Origin: an uncultured Verrucomicrobiae bacterium
Lineage (GTDB): Bacteria > Verrucomicrobiota > Verrucomicrobiia > Limisphaerales > Palsa-1400
Direction of reading: 5' to 3'
Length of the DNA: 64,000 nt
NCBI GenBank assembly: GCA_963707025.1
Contig: CAVPOM010000003.1
Span: 256,001-320,000 of the forward strand
The position numbers and the translations under genes are program-made. Below the pieces are notes generated by a model, which saw only the letters and a list, made by a program, of their open reading frames with translations, had not been told where the DNA came from and did no database searches. Shown in pieces: positions 8,179 to 17,279 of the stretch; the first letter of the stretch is position 1; every line of letters begins with the position of its first letter.

Positions 8179-11100
8179 GGCTCTCCTTCGGCTGGCTCCG
8201 CCGGAACCGGCGCGGGATGCGCTTTGAAACGATGGGCGATTCTTTCCACCACATAGAAAGTCACCGGGATGAGGAAGATGGCGATGCAGGTGGCGGCGAG
8301 CATGCCGCCAATGACGACGGTGCCCAGGATGCGCCGCGAAACACCCCCCGCCCCCGTGGCGATCCAGAGCGGAATGCACCCGAAGATGAACGCAAAGGAG
8401 GTCATCAGGATGGGACGTAGCCGGATGCGCGCCCCGGTCAGGGCGGCGTCGGTCAGGGATTTCCCCCTGGCATATTCCATGCGGGCGAACTCGACGATGA
8501 GGATGGCGTTCTTGGCGGCAAGGCCAATGAGCATGACCAGCCCAATCTGGGCATAAACATTGTTGTCCATGTGCCGCGCCATCAGGGCGGCGAAGGCGCC
8601 AAAGACAGCGATGGGTGTGCCAAGCAGAACGCTGAAGGGCAGCGACCAGCTTTCATAGAGGGCGGCCAGAATGAGAAAGACAAACAGGAGGGAGAGGCCA
8701 AAAACGGCGGCCGGTTTGACGCCTTTCTGGGCCGCTTTTTCCTGGAAGGACATGCCATAGTAATCGTAACCCATCTCCGGCCCCATGGTTTGGGCGAAAA
8801 CCTCCTCCAAGGCCTGCATGACCTCGGCGGAACTGTGGCCCGGCTTGGCGCTGACGTAGATGCGGGCGCTGCGAAAGAGGTTGTAACGCTCGGTGAATTC
8901 CGGCCCGGACTGCATCTTGATGCTGGCCAGGGCGGAGAGCGGCACGGGCTGGCCGGCGCGGTTGCGCACGTAGAAAAGGTTGATGTCTTCCGGGCGGGCG
9001 CGGTATTGGTCCTCCGCCTCGACATAGACCTGCCACTGGCGGCCGAAGCGGTTGAAATAATTGATAAACGTGCCGCCCAGATAAGCCTGGAGGGTCTGGT
9101 AAACCTCGCCGATATCCACGCCTTGCTTCAGGGCCTTGTCGCGGTCCACATTTATGTAGGCCTGCGGGACGAGCGGCAAAAAGGTCGTGCTCACACTGGC
9201 TACTTCCGAACGTTTGCGCGCCGCGACGAGGAACTTGTCCAAGTTTTCGCTCAAGAACTGAACGTCCCTGCCCGAACGGTCCTCCAGCATGAAGGTGACC
9301 CCGCCCGCCGCGCCCACGCCCTGGATCGCCGGCGGCGTCGAGACCCTGGCGGCGGCGCCAGGAATTTTCGCCAGTTCGGTGTCGAGGTGGCTGATGATGG
9401 CCTCGTACTGTTCGTCGGGCTGCTTGCGCTCGCTCCAGGGTTTAAGCGCGATCCACAAGAAGGCGCTGTAAGTGTTGCGCACGCCGCTCAGGAGGCTGAA
9501 TCCGACCACCGTAAGATAAGATTTGATGCCGGGCGTTTTGCTCAGGATGTCCTCGCACTGCCGCGCGACCTCGCTGGTCCGCTCGGTCGAGGCAGCGAAG
9601 GGAAGCGACGCCCCCACATAAATGTAGCCCTGGTCTTCTTCGGGGAGAAATCCGCCGGGCAGCCTTTTTCCAGACCAGGCCACAGCCAGCGCGACCAGGA
9701 GAAGGAAGGTCAGACTGATGGCCGATTTGCGAATCAGCACGGCGGAGAATCCCACGTAGCCGTGAGTCACCCGCCCATACTGGCGGTTGAACCAATCATA
9801 AAACTTGCCCAGCGGCCCGCCGCCTTTTTTCCTCGGACGCAACAGCAGGGCCGACAAAGCCGGACTGAGACTCAGCGCGTTGAAGGCGGAAATGAGCACG
9901 GAAATGGCGATGGTGACGGCGAATTGCTGGTAGAGGCGGCCGGTAATTCCCGGGATGAAAACCGTTGGCACAAAGACCGCCGCCAAAATCAGCGCGATGG
10001 CCACGACCGGCCCCGAAACCTCGGACATGGCCTTGAGCGCCGCCGCTTTGGGGGCCAATCCCTCCTCGATGTGGCGTTCCACGCACTCGACCACCACAAT
10101 GGCATCGTCCACCACCAGCCCGACCGCCAGCACCAGGCCGAAGAGCGACAAGGTGTTGATGGAAAAGCCGAGCATCGGGAACAGAATAAAAGTGCCCACC
10201 AGCGAAACCGGCACCGCCAGCAATGGGATCAGCGTGGCCCGCCATCCCTGCAAAAACACGAACACCACGAGCGTGACCAGCCCAAGCGCGGCCAGGAAGG
10301 TGAACAGGATCTCCCGCATGCCTTCGGTGATGGCCTGGGTCGTGTCCAGCGCTATGTCGTAATCAATGTCGTTGGGAAAGCGCTTCTTCAATTCTTCCAG
10401 CCGCCGCTTGACCTCCTTGGCGGCATCCAGGGCGTTGGAGCCGGGCAATTGGTAGAGCGACATGTTGGCGGCGGCTTTGCCGTTGTAGCGGCCAATGATG
10501 TCGTAATCCTGGCCGCCCAATTCAAGGCGGGCAACGTCGTGCAGCCGCACCACAGAGCCATCCGGGTTGGCTCGCACCACGATTTGGCCGAATTGCTCCG
10601 GGGTCACCAACCGGCCCTGGGCCACCACGTTAAAGGTGAACTGCTGTCCCGCCGGAGCGGGGCTGCCACCCAGCCTGCCGGCCGGGTTGACCGTGTTCTG
10701 AGCACTAACCGCGTTGACAATTTCCGGGACGGTGATGTTCAGTTTGGCCAGCAGGTCGGGTTTGACCCAGATGCGCATGGCATACTGGCCGGCGCCGAAA
10801 ACATTGATTTGGGCGATGCCTTTCACCCGGCTCAACTCATCATACATGTTGATGTAGGCGTAATTGGCCAGGAACTGGGCATCGTGGGTCCCCTTGGGCG
10901 AAAACACCGACACGAACAGGAACGGCGACGAGGTGGCTTTTTGCACCAGGACGCCCAGATCGCGCACGTCAGCCGGCAACTGGCTTTCGGCCTGGGAGTA
11001 GCGCAAAAACGTCAAATCCTGATCCACGTTGGGGTCGGTCCCGACCTCGTAGTTCACGTACATGCGCATCAGGCCGTTGTTGGCGTTGAGGGAATCAAGG

Positions 11101-11330
11101 TAATTCATGTTGTCCACGCCGCTCATTTTCTCCTCGATGGGCGCGGCCACCGACTGCTCCAGGGTGATGGCGTCGGCCCCCACATAGTTGGCCTGAACCT
11201 GAACCTCCGGCGGCACAATGTTGGGGAATTTGGAAATAGGCAGCCCAAAGAGCGTGACCAAGCCGACGATGACCGTGATGATGGAGATCACCATGGCGAC
11301 AATGGGACGGCTGATGAAAAAGCGGCTCAC
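8175..11330 (-). CDS. RND efflux permease (AcrB/HAE1 family)
   Basis: SRFFISRPIVAMV, GLVVDDAIVVVE, GLAAKNAILIVEFA, RLRPILMTS. Confidence 0.95.
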   Translation of the reverse strand: MSRFFISRPIVAMVISIITVIVGLVTLFGLPISKFPNIVPPEVQVQANYVGADAITLEQSVAAPIEEKMSGVDNMNYLDSLNANNGLMRMYVNYEVGTDPNVDQDLTFLRYSQAESQLPADVRDLGVLVQKATSSPFLFVSVFSPKGTHDAQFLANYAYINMYDELSRVKGIAQINVFGAGQYAMRIWVKPDLLAKLNITVPEIVNAVSAQNTVNPAGRLGGSPAPAGQQFTFNVVAQGRLVTPEQFGQIVVRANPDGSVVRLHDVARLELGGQDYDIIGRYNGKAAANMSLYQLPGSNALDAAKEVKRRLEELKKRFPNDIDYDIALDTTQAITEGMREILFTFLAALGLVTLVVFVFLQGWRATLIPLLAVPVSLVGTFILFPMLGFSINTLSLFGLVLAVGLVVDDAIVVVECVERHIEEGLAPKAAALKAMSEVSGPVVAIALILAAVFVPTVFIPGITGRLYQQFAVTIAISVLISAFNALSLSPALSALLLRPRKKGGGPLGKFYDWFNRQYGRVTHGYVGFSAVLIRKSAISLTFLLLVALAVAWSGKRLPGGFLPEEDQGYIYVGASLPFAASTERTSEVARQCEDILSKTPGIKSYLTVVGFSLLSGVRNTYSAFLWIALKPWSERKQPDEQYEAIISHLDTELAKIPGAAARVSTPPAIQGVGAAGGVTFMLEDRSGRDVQFLSENLDKFLVAARKRSEVASVSTTFLPLVPQAYINVDRDKALKQGVDIGEVYQTLQAYLGGTFINYFNRFGRQWQVYVEAEDQYRARPEDINLFYVRNRAGQPVPLSALASIKMQSGPEFTERYNLFRSARIYVSAKPGHSSAEVMQALEEVFAQTMGPEMGYDYYGMSFQEKAAQKGVKPAAVFGLSLLFVFLILAALYESWSLPFSVLLGTPIAVFGAFAALMARHMDNNVYAQIGLVMLIGLAAKNAILIVEFARMEYARGKSLTDAALTGARIRLRPILMTSFAFIFGCIPLWIATGAGGVSRRILGTVVIGGMLAATCIAIFLIPVTFYVVERIAHRFKAHPAPVPAEPAEGEP

Positions 11331-11340
11331 TTGGAAATTC

Positions 11341-12526
11341 TCAATCCCTGCCGCGTCCGGGGGAATTCGTCATGGGTTGCGGGTTGACGGCTTCGCCGGC
11401 TCGGGCTTTTTGCAGGCCCTCCACGATGATGGTCTCGCCGGATTGGAGGCCGCTTTCGATGATCCACTTGTTGCTCATTTGCTCCCCGACTTTCACGGGG
11501 CGGATGGCAACCACATTGCTGCCGTTGGTCTGGACCACCACATCCACCTGGAAACTCCCCTGCAATTCCGTGACCGCGCGCTCTGGAACCAGGGCGACTC
11601 CTTTGCGCATTTCGGTGCGGGCTCTAATCCGGGCGTATTGCCCGGGGCGCAGAACATTGCCGGGATTGGGAAATAATACGGCCACGGTCACCGCGCCCGT
11701 GTTGGGCTCGACTTGGCGGTCCAGGAAATAAAACTTCCCCTTCTGCGGATAAACGGCCCCGTTGGCCAGAATCAGATCCAATTCCATCCCGCCGCCTTCC
11801 GTCCCGCTCCCGCTCGCAAAGGCCGCCAGATGGTCCAGGTAGTATTGTTCGGTGACGGTGATGTAGGCCTTGATCGGATCCAGCGTGGAAACCTCCGTCA
11901 GGTTGCCGGTGGCCGGGCCGACCAAATCGCCAATCTGGGCGCGGGCCAGGCCGGCGATCCCGTCAATGGGAGAAGTCACGCTGGCAAATTCCAGGTTCAA
12001 CTGGGCCTGCTCTTTGGCCGCCTGGCCCATGGCCACGCTGGCCACGGCCGCCTTGTTGGATTGCACGGCGTCATCCAATTCCTCCTGGCTGATGGCGTTG
12101 GATATGGCCAGCGGCCGGAAACGTTTGACATCCAGTTCCGTCCGCCCCAATTGCGCTTCCGCCATGCCGAGCTGGCCTTTGGCTTGATCCAGCGCCGCCG
12201 CAAATGGGCGCGCGTCAATCTGGAAAAGCACGTCCCCCTTTTTGACCAAACTGCCTTCCTTGTAATTCTGCGACATGAGATAGCCGGAAACCTGCGCGCG
12301 GATCTGGGCGTTGACGAAGCCGTCGAGCGAGCCAATCCATTCCTGATAGACGGGAACATCCTGGAGCCTCACCGTCATCACCTTGACTTCCGGCGGCGCC
12401 TGCGCCACGGGCGCGCCGGCCTTCTTCGCAGCCGGCCGCGCCGATCAGCAGCGCCATCGCCGCAAAAAAACCCCGGCGCCGGGAGATTCCCAGCCCGCGC
12501 CAATCGAGCAAATCTATGAGTCGCAT
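11341..12526 (-). CDS. RND periplasmic adaptor (MFP); one frameshift near 12415-12420
   Basis: IRAQVSGYL, SPIDGIAG, LRPGQY; lipobox AAGC lies in the upstream frame (ATG 12526); removing one base restores the frame. Confidence 0.85.
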
Positions 12527-12991
12527 GCCATTAGCCTCTTTAATAGGCGAAAAGTGAAGCATACCGGGCCGGGAATGTAAAGAGCGAGCAGAGAATGTCT
12601 GTATTCTTGCTGGCAGCCAGCCGCCCCTTGGGCCGGCTCCGCGCGGGCAGCCAGGCCTGGCCCGATGAATCCGCCTGCGCCGGGCCTTTTTCCGGCCTTT
12701 CCCTGGCGGGAGCGGTTTAGAGGCTATTCTGATTTAGTTGATAATCAACGGGTTGCGAAGGGGAGGGGAAACGGGGGGTCAAAAAAAGGGAAAAAATGGG
12801 CGCGTTTGGCAGGCAAAACGGCCTTTTGCCCAAACTATTTTCACTTTTGCAAATCCACTTGTTTGGGGGCAAACGCGACTTGACCGGCCATTGGCAAGGG
12901 TTTTTTTGGGGTGGGCAGGGGCGTTTTCGGGCATGCATTTTGTACCCACGGTGGGCAGTCGCTTTTCAAAAGGTGTGTTTAAATAGTAAAT

Positions 12992-13351
12992 ATGAAGATT
13001 AAATTATTCTGTAGTCTGATAGTGACGGTAATCACGGTAGCGGGGCTGGCGGGGTGCGCGACCTCGCACAAGAAGGAGTACCTGGTGCATGAGTTTTGGA
13101 CTTACTCCGACGCCGGGCAGGTCACGCGCCACGAGGTGTGGTCGGAGAACCATCACGGCGGCGGGACGGCGCTGCTGGCGGATCCGGTGGCGACGCAGAT
13201 CGCCAGTTTCCACACCGATCAAGCCGGGCTGGGCGGGGCTTCGGCCTTCACGGTGGGCAACGTGCAGTCCACCGTGAGCAGCAACGCGGCGGCCATTATC
13301 TCGGCGGGCGGGACGGCGGTGGGCAACGTCATCCAGGGAGCGGTGAAGTGA
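12992..13351 (+). CDS. Lipoprotein, first gene of the phage-like cluster
   Basis: MKIK + hydrophobic stretch + lipobox LAGC. Confidence 0.75.
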   Translation: MKIKLFCSLIVTVITVAGLAGCATSHKKEYLVHEFWTYSDAGQVTRHEVWSENHHGGGTALLADPVATQIASFHTDQAGLGGASAFTVGNVQSTVSSNAAAIISAGGTAVGNVIQGAVK

Positions 13352-14316
13352 GCCTGGGGAAGCGGGAAGCGGAAATTATGCAACCACTGCTGGATGGGGT
13401 TTATGACCGGAGGATGGCGGCGGCGCTGGCCAGGGGGGCGGCGGCGGCTTACGGGGAGGACCGGGAGATGCAGGCCTGGGCGGAGCTGCAGGGGTGCGAC
13501 GGCTGCGCCATCGTCCGCGATGCCGGAACCGATACGCTGGTTTTTGTGGCGGCGGCGGGCCAGCGCGCGTTTGTCGTGTTCCGCGGCACGACCGATTTGC
13601 GCAACTGGCTCACGGATCTGGACGCGAGAATGGTGAATTGGGAATTGGGAATTGAGAATTTCAAAATTCAAAATTCAAAATTCAGAATTCACGAGGGGTT
13701 TTCGCGGGCGCTGAGGACGGTCTGGCCGGAAATTGTTGACACGCTGGGAAAGCTGGCGCCGGGGAGGCGGAACATTTATTTCACGGGGCATTCCCTGGGC
13801 GGGGCCCTGGCCATGCTCGCTTGCGCTCGCTGGCAAGAAATGCAGAGTGCAGAGTGCAGAGTGCAGAATTCTGCAGTCCCCACTCTCCACTCTCCACTTT
13901 CCGTTTGGCTTTACACTTTCGGCCAGCCGCGCGTCGGCAACGCAGCCTGGGCACGCTGGTATGACGCGCGGCTGGGGAGCCGCTCCTTCCGGGTCGTCCA
14001 TGCCGAAGACATCGTGCCGCGCGTGCCCTGGCTGCTCGGCGCTTACCGGCACGCGGGGACTGAGATTTTCTTTGATGCGCTGGGGAAGGCGCATCAGGAC
14101 TGGCCCTGGTGGAAAAAGGCGCCCTCCGACGCGGCCGGGTTGTGGCGGCAATGGCGCCGCGGCAAGCTGGCGCTGCTGGGGGACCATCATGTCAGGACCT
14201 ATGTCGGCATGCTCAATGGGAAATGCGGCATCCGCCAGGCGGAGTGCGGCGGGCAAAAGGCTGAAACTTTTTTGCGGCGGTCCCGGACTGCCGCCACGGA
14301 CCAACATGGAATTTAA
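13348..14316 (+). CDS. Class 3 lipase-like alpha/beta hydrolase
   Basis: VVFRGT, IHEGF, FTGHSLGGALA, YTFGQPRVGN, DIVPRVP, DHHVRTY; GTG start overlaps upstream stop (ATG 13378 alternative). Confidence 0.85.
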   Translation: MSLGKREAEIMQPLLDGVYDRRMAAALARGAAAAYGEDREMQAWAELQGCDGCAIVRDAGTDTLVFVAAAGQRAFVVFRGTTDLRNWLTDLDARMVNWELGIENFKIQNSKFRIHEGFSRALRTVWPEIVDTLGKLAPGRRNIYFTGHSLGGALAMLACARWQEMQSAECRVQNSAVPTLHSPLSVWLYTFGQPRVGNAAWARWYDARLGSRSFRVVHAEDIVPRVPWLLGAYRHAGTEIFFDALGKAHQDWPWWKKAPSDAAGLWRQWRRGKLALLGDHHVRTYVGMLNGKCGIRQAECGGQKAETFLRRSRTAATDQHGI

Positions 14317-14695
14317 CCCACCAGTGGAAATCGCGGCCTGGCTGGGCTGCCTGGCCTTCGGATTCATGTTGTTCAACGAGGGGTCCAAATTTGTGGACCG
14401 GATCCGGGGCAAAACGCCGCACCCGCCCAATGAGCAACTGGAGTTCAGTGTGGCCGTGATGGACCGGAGGGTGTGCAAGCTGGAGGAGGATGGCGCCAAG
14501 CGCTGGGCCAAAATGGAGGCCGACAAGACGGAGATCCTGCTGGCCGGGGAGTTGCGGGCGGAGAAGCTGCACAACCGGATCAACCCCATCGCGGAGGGAA
14601 TGGAGGGGGTGAAGGCGGCGGTGGAACTGAATAATCAACACACCGTGCTGTTAAGCGCCAAACTGGACCATTTGATGGAGACACAGAACGCATGA
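14306..14695 (+). CDS. Membrane-anchored coiled-coil phage protein (position of Mu gp25/DUF2730-like)
   Basis: N-terminal TM segment followed by coiled coil; gene order before gp26/TerS/TerL. Confidence 0.6.
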   Translation: MEFNPPVEIAAWLGCLAFGFMLFNEGSKFVDRIRGKTPHPPNEQLEFSVAVMDRRVCKLEEDGAKRWAKMEADKTEILLAGELRAEKLHNRINPIAEGMEGVKAAVELNNQHTVLLSAKLDHLMETQNA

Positions 14696-14822
14696 AAAGA
14701 CTTTTGCCCGCCGATCACGCAGATAAGGCGGATAGGAAACGACAAATTCACTACTATAGATTCCGCTTCCTCATCTGCAACCCTCTGCGTGATCCGCGGG
14801 CAAAAAATGCCGGACAAAAAAT

Positions 14823-15092
14823 ATGAATGCGCAACAACATGAGATTTTTCGCGAGACGATGCTGCGGGCCTTCCAGGCGGCGGCGGGCTGCGGCCTGTGC
14901 CTGGCGACGCTGGATGTGACGCTGCGGACCTGCGGGTTCAAGCGGTTCGAGGAGCAGGACATCGAGGCGGAGGTGCAGTATTTCACCGACAAGGGATTTG
15001 TGGCGGAGGTGCCCAAGTCGCACTCGCTGGGCAACCGGATTTGGCGGATCACGGCGGCGGGCGTGGATGATCTGGAGAGAAGGGGACTGTAG
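14823..15092 (+). CDS. Mu gp26-like small winged-helix protein
   Basis: 89 aa; EVQYFTDKGFV...WRITAAGVD pattern; upstream of terminase genes. Confidence 0.6.
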   Translation: MNAQQHEIFRETMLRAFQAAAGCGLCLATLDVTLRTCGFKRFEEQDIEAEVQYFTDKGFVAEVPKSHSLGNRIWRITAAGVDDLERRGL

Positions 15093-15167
15093 GAAAGGCA
15101 AAATGTCCCGATTGATCGGGACAAAATGCAGAATGAAATTTGAAGTTTGGAAGAGGAGAGGTTGTGA

Positions 15168-15833
15168 ATGAAGAAGGCAAAAAAGTTCGACCGGAAACGG
15201 CTGAAGGAGATTCTGGAGTCTTACGAAGGCAGTTTGCACGCCTTCGACGAACTGCGGCCAGATTGTTACGAGCAGGAGGTGGCGGGGCATTCGCTGGAGC
15301 AATTGGATTTGCTTTACTCGGAAATTTTTGCGCCGGGGCAGAGCCTGGAGAAGGCGACCACAAAATGCCCGCCGTGGCCAAAGGGGTCGGCGCATGCCGG
15401 CCAGCCGCCTGGGGAGACGGTGTTGCGGGCAATCCACGACCGGTTCATGACGGAGCAGAGCCTGGACGTGATTCTGGCGGAGAAAGTCAGAAAGGAGCGA
15501 TTCATGAAGGCGGTAGCCCCGCTGCTTTCCAAGGAGCTGCGGCAGGAAGTGGACCGGGTGCTGAGCGAGCTGGCCCAGGAAGTAATGTCGGCCAAAATGC
15601 AGAAAATCCCCATCGCGCGACAATTGCCGTCGGTGGACCGGCTGATCAGCGGGGAAAAGCTGGCGCAGCGCGGGCGGGAGGGGAAGTTGAAGGAGAAGAG
15701 GTTCAAGCTGGAGGAGAGAAGGACGCGCGTGCTGGAGAAGAAAAGCCAGGAGACGGGAAAGCAGGGCGAAGAAGGCGGGGCGATTACAAAGGAGGGCTGG
15801 GAACAGGTGGAGAAGGATTTGAGGCTGCTATGA
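15168..15833 (+). CDS. Putative terminase small subunit (position of Mu gp27)
   Basis: Helical charged protein directly upstream of TerL, ending GAITKEGWEQVEKDLRLL. Confidence 0.55.
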   Translation: MKKAKKFDRKRLKEILESYEGSLHAFDELRPDCYEQEVAGHSLEQLDLLYSEIFAPGQSLEKATTKCPPWPKGSAHAGQPPGETVLRAIHDRFMTEQSLDVILAEKVRKERFMKAVAPLLSKELRQEVDRVLSELAQEVMSAKMQKIPIARQLPSVDRLISGEKLAQRGREGKLKEKRFKLEERRTRVLEKKSQETGKQGEEGGAITKEGWEQVEKDLRLL

Positions 15834-15923
15834 TTGCATCCCACAAAGCGAGGATGGAGGATGGAGTGAGTCAGGGCTCGAACGGAGTCTCGCCCTACCG
15901 GAGTGGGCGGGGCGAACTGGCGG

Positions 15924-17279
15924 ATGGAAAACTACTTTTTGTCCTATCAGGCGAAGTGGCTGCGGGATGGTTCGCCGAAACGGTTGATGGAGAAATCGCG
16001 GCAGATCGGCATGAGCCTGTGCGCGGCCTATGATTTGGTGAGGAAAACTTCGCTGGCGGGGAACCAATACGATGCCTGGGTTTCGAGCAGCGATGAGTTG
16101 CAGGCGGAGTTGTTCGGGATGGATTGCGGGCGTTGGGCGCGGATTCGACACCGGGCCTGCAAGCAACAGGAACTGAGGCGGCAGGTGCTGGATGCGAAGG
16201 AGAAAATATCGGCGCACGTGCTGACGTTCAAGAACGGCCGGGCGATTTATTCGCTGTCGTCAAATCCCAACGCGCAGGCGGGCAAGCGGGGGCGGCGGGT
16301 GTTTGATGAATTTGCGCTGAACGCGGAGAACCGGCTGCTCTATGCCATCGGCCAGCCGGGGACGATGTGGGGCGGCGGGATGGACATTATCTCGACGCAC
16401 CGGGGGTCGGAGAATTTTTTCAACGAACTGGTCAATGAGGCCAGGCACAAGGGCAATCCCAAGGGCTTTTCTCTCCATCGCGTCACCCTTGAGGACGCCT
16501 GCCAACAGGGGCTGCTGGCCAAGCTGCAAGACAAATGGCGCCAGGCCAACCCGGACGACAGCCGCTTGCAATGGCGGGATGAGGATTTTCTGCAAGCCAT
16601 GCGCAATGAATGCGCCGATGAGGAGGTCTGGTTGCAGGAGTTTATGTGCGTGCCGGGGGACGATCAGGCGGCGTTTCTGTCCTATGACCTGATCGCCGGC
16701 TGCGAGTATCAGCCGGGAGATTGGGAATTGGGAATTGAAAACTTGAAATTGGCAAAAGAACTCTACACGGGCGTGGACGTTGGCCGCGACCACGACCTGA
16801 CCGTCATCTGGGTCGTCGAACGGCTGGAGGATGTTTGTTTCACACGCCGGGTGATCTGTCTGGAGCAAGCCACTTTCGACGCACAGGAGCAGGAGCTTTA
16901 TCAACTGTTGGCCCTGCCAACAGTCAGGAGAGCCTGCATTGACCAGACCGGGATCGGCCGGCAGTTCGCCGAGCGGGCCGCCCAACGCTTCGGGCGCTAC
17001 AAAGTGGAGGGGATTCAGTTTACCAGCGGGGTGCAGGAGGAGCTGGCCTACGACACGCGCCTGGCCTTTGAAAAAAAAACGGTGCGCATCCCGGCGGACA
17101 AATGGATTCGGGCCGATTTGCGCAGCATGCGCAAGGAGGCCACCGCCTCAGGCCATATCCGCTTCACCGGGGAGCGGACGCGCCACGGCCACGCCGACCG
17201 GTTTTGGGGGCTGGCCCTGGCCTTGCACGCGGCCAAAGCAGCGACGGCCGCGAACCGGATTTTTGCGCAATTGATATGA
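15924..17279 (+). CDS. Terminase large subunit, Mu gp28-like
   Basis: FLSYQAKW, EKSRQIGMS, VFDEFA, IISTHRG, QEFMC, GVDVGRDHDLTV, IDQTGIG, HADRFWGLALA. Confidence 0.9.
   Translation: MENYFLSYQAKWLRDGSPKRLMEKSRQIGMSLCAAYDLVRKTSLAGNQYDAWVSSSDELQAELFGMDCGRWARIRHRACKQQELRRQVLDAKEKISAHVLTFKNGRAIYSLSSNPNAQAGKRGRRVFDEFALNAENRLLYAIGQPGTMWGGGMDIISTHRGSENFFNELVNEARHKGNPKGFSLHRVTLEDACQQGLLAKLQDKWRQANPDDSRLQWRDEDFLQAMRNECADEEVWLQEFMCVPGDDQAAFLSYDLIAGCEYQPGDWELGIENLKLAKELYTGVDVGRDHDLTVIWVVERLEDVCFTRRVICLEQATFDAQEQELYQLLALPTVRRACIDQTGIGRQFAERAAQRFGRYKVEGIQFTSGVQEELAYDTRLAFEKKTVRIPADKWIRADLRSMRKEATASGHIRFTGERTRHGHADRFWGLALALHAAKAATAANRIFAQLI

Noticed and set aside
8571..11387. Long antisense ORFs (also 1051-2745, 32498-34219, 41818-43419, 60555-62531)
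   Set aside because: Shadow frames opposite well-supported GC-rich genes, with no recognisable motifs
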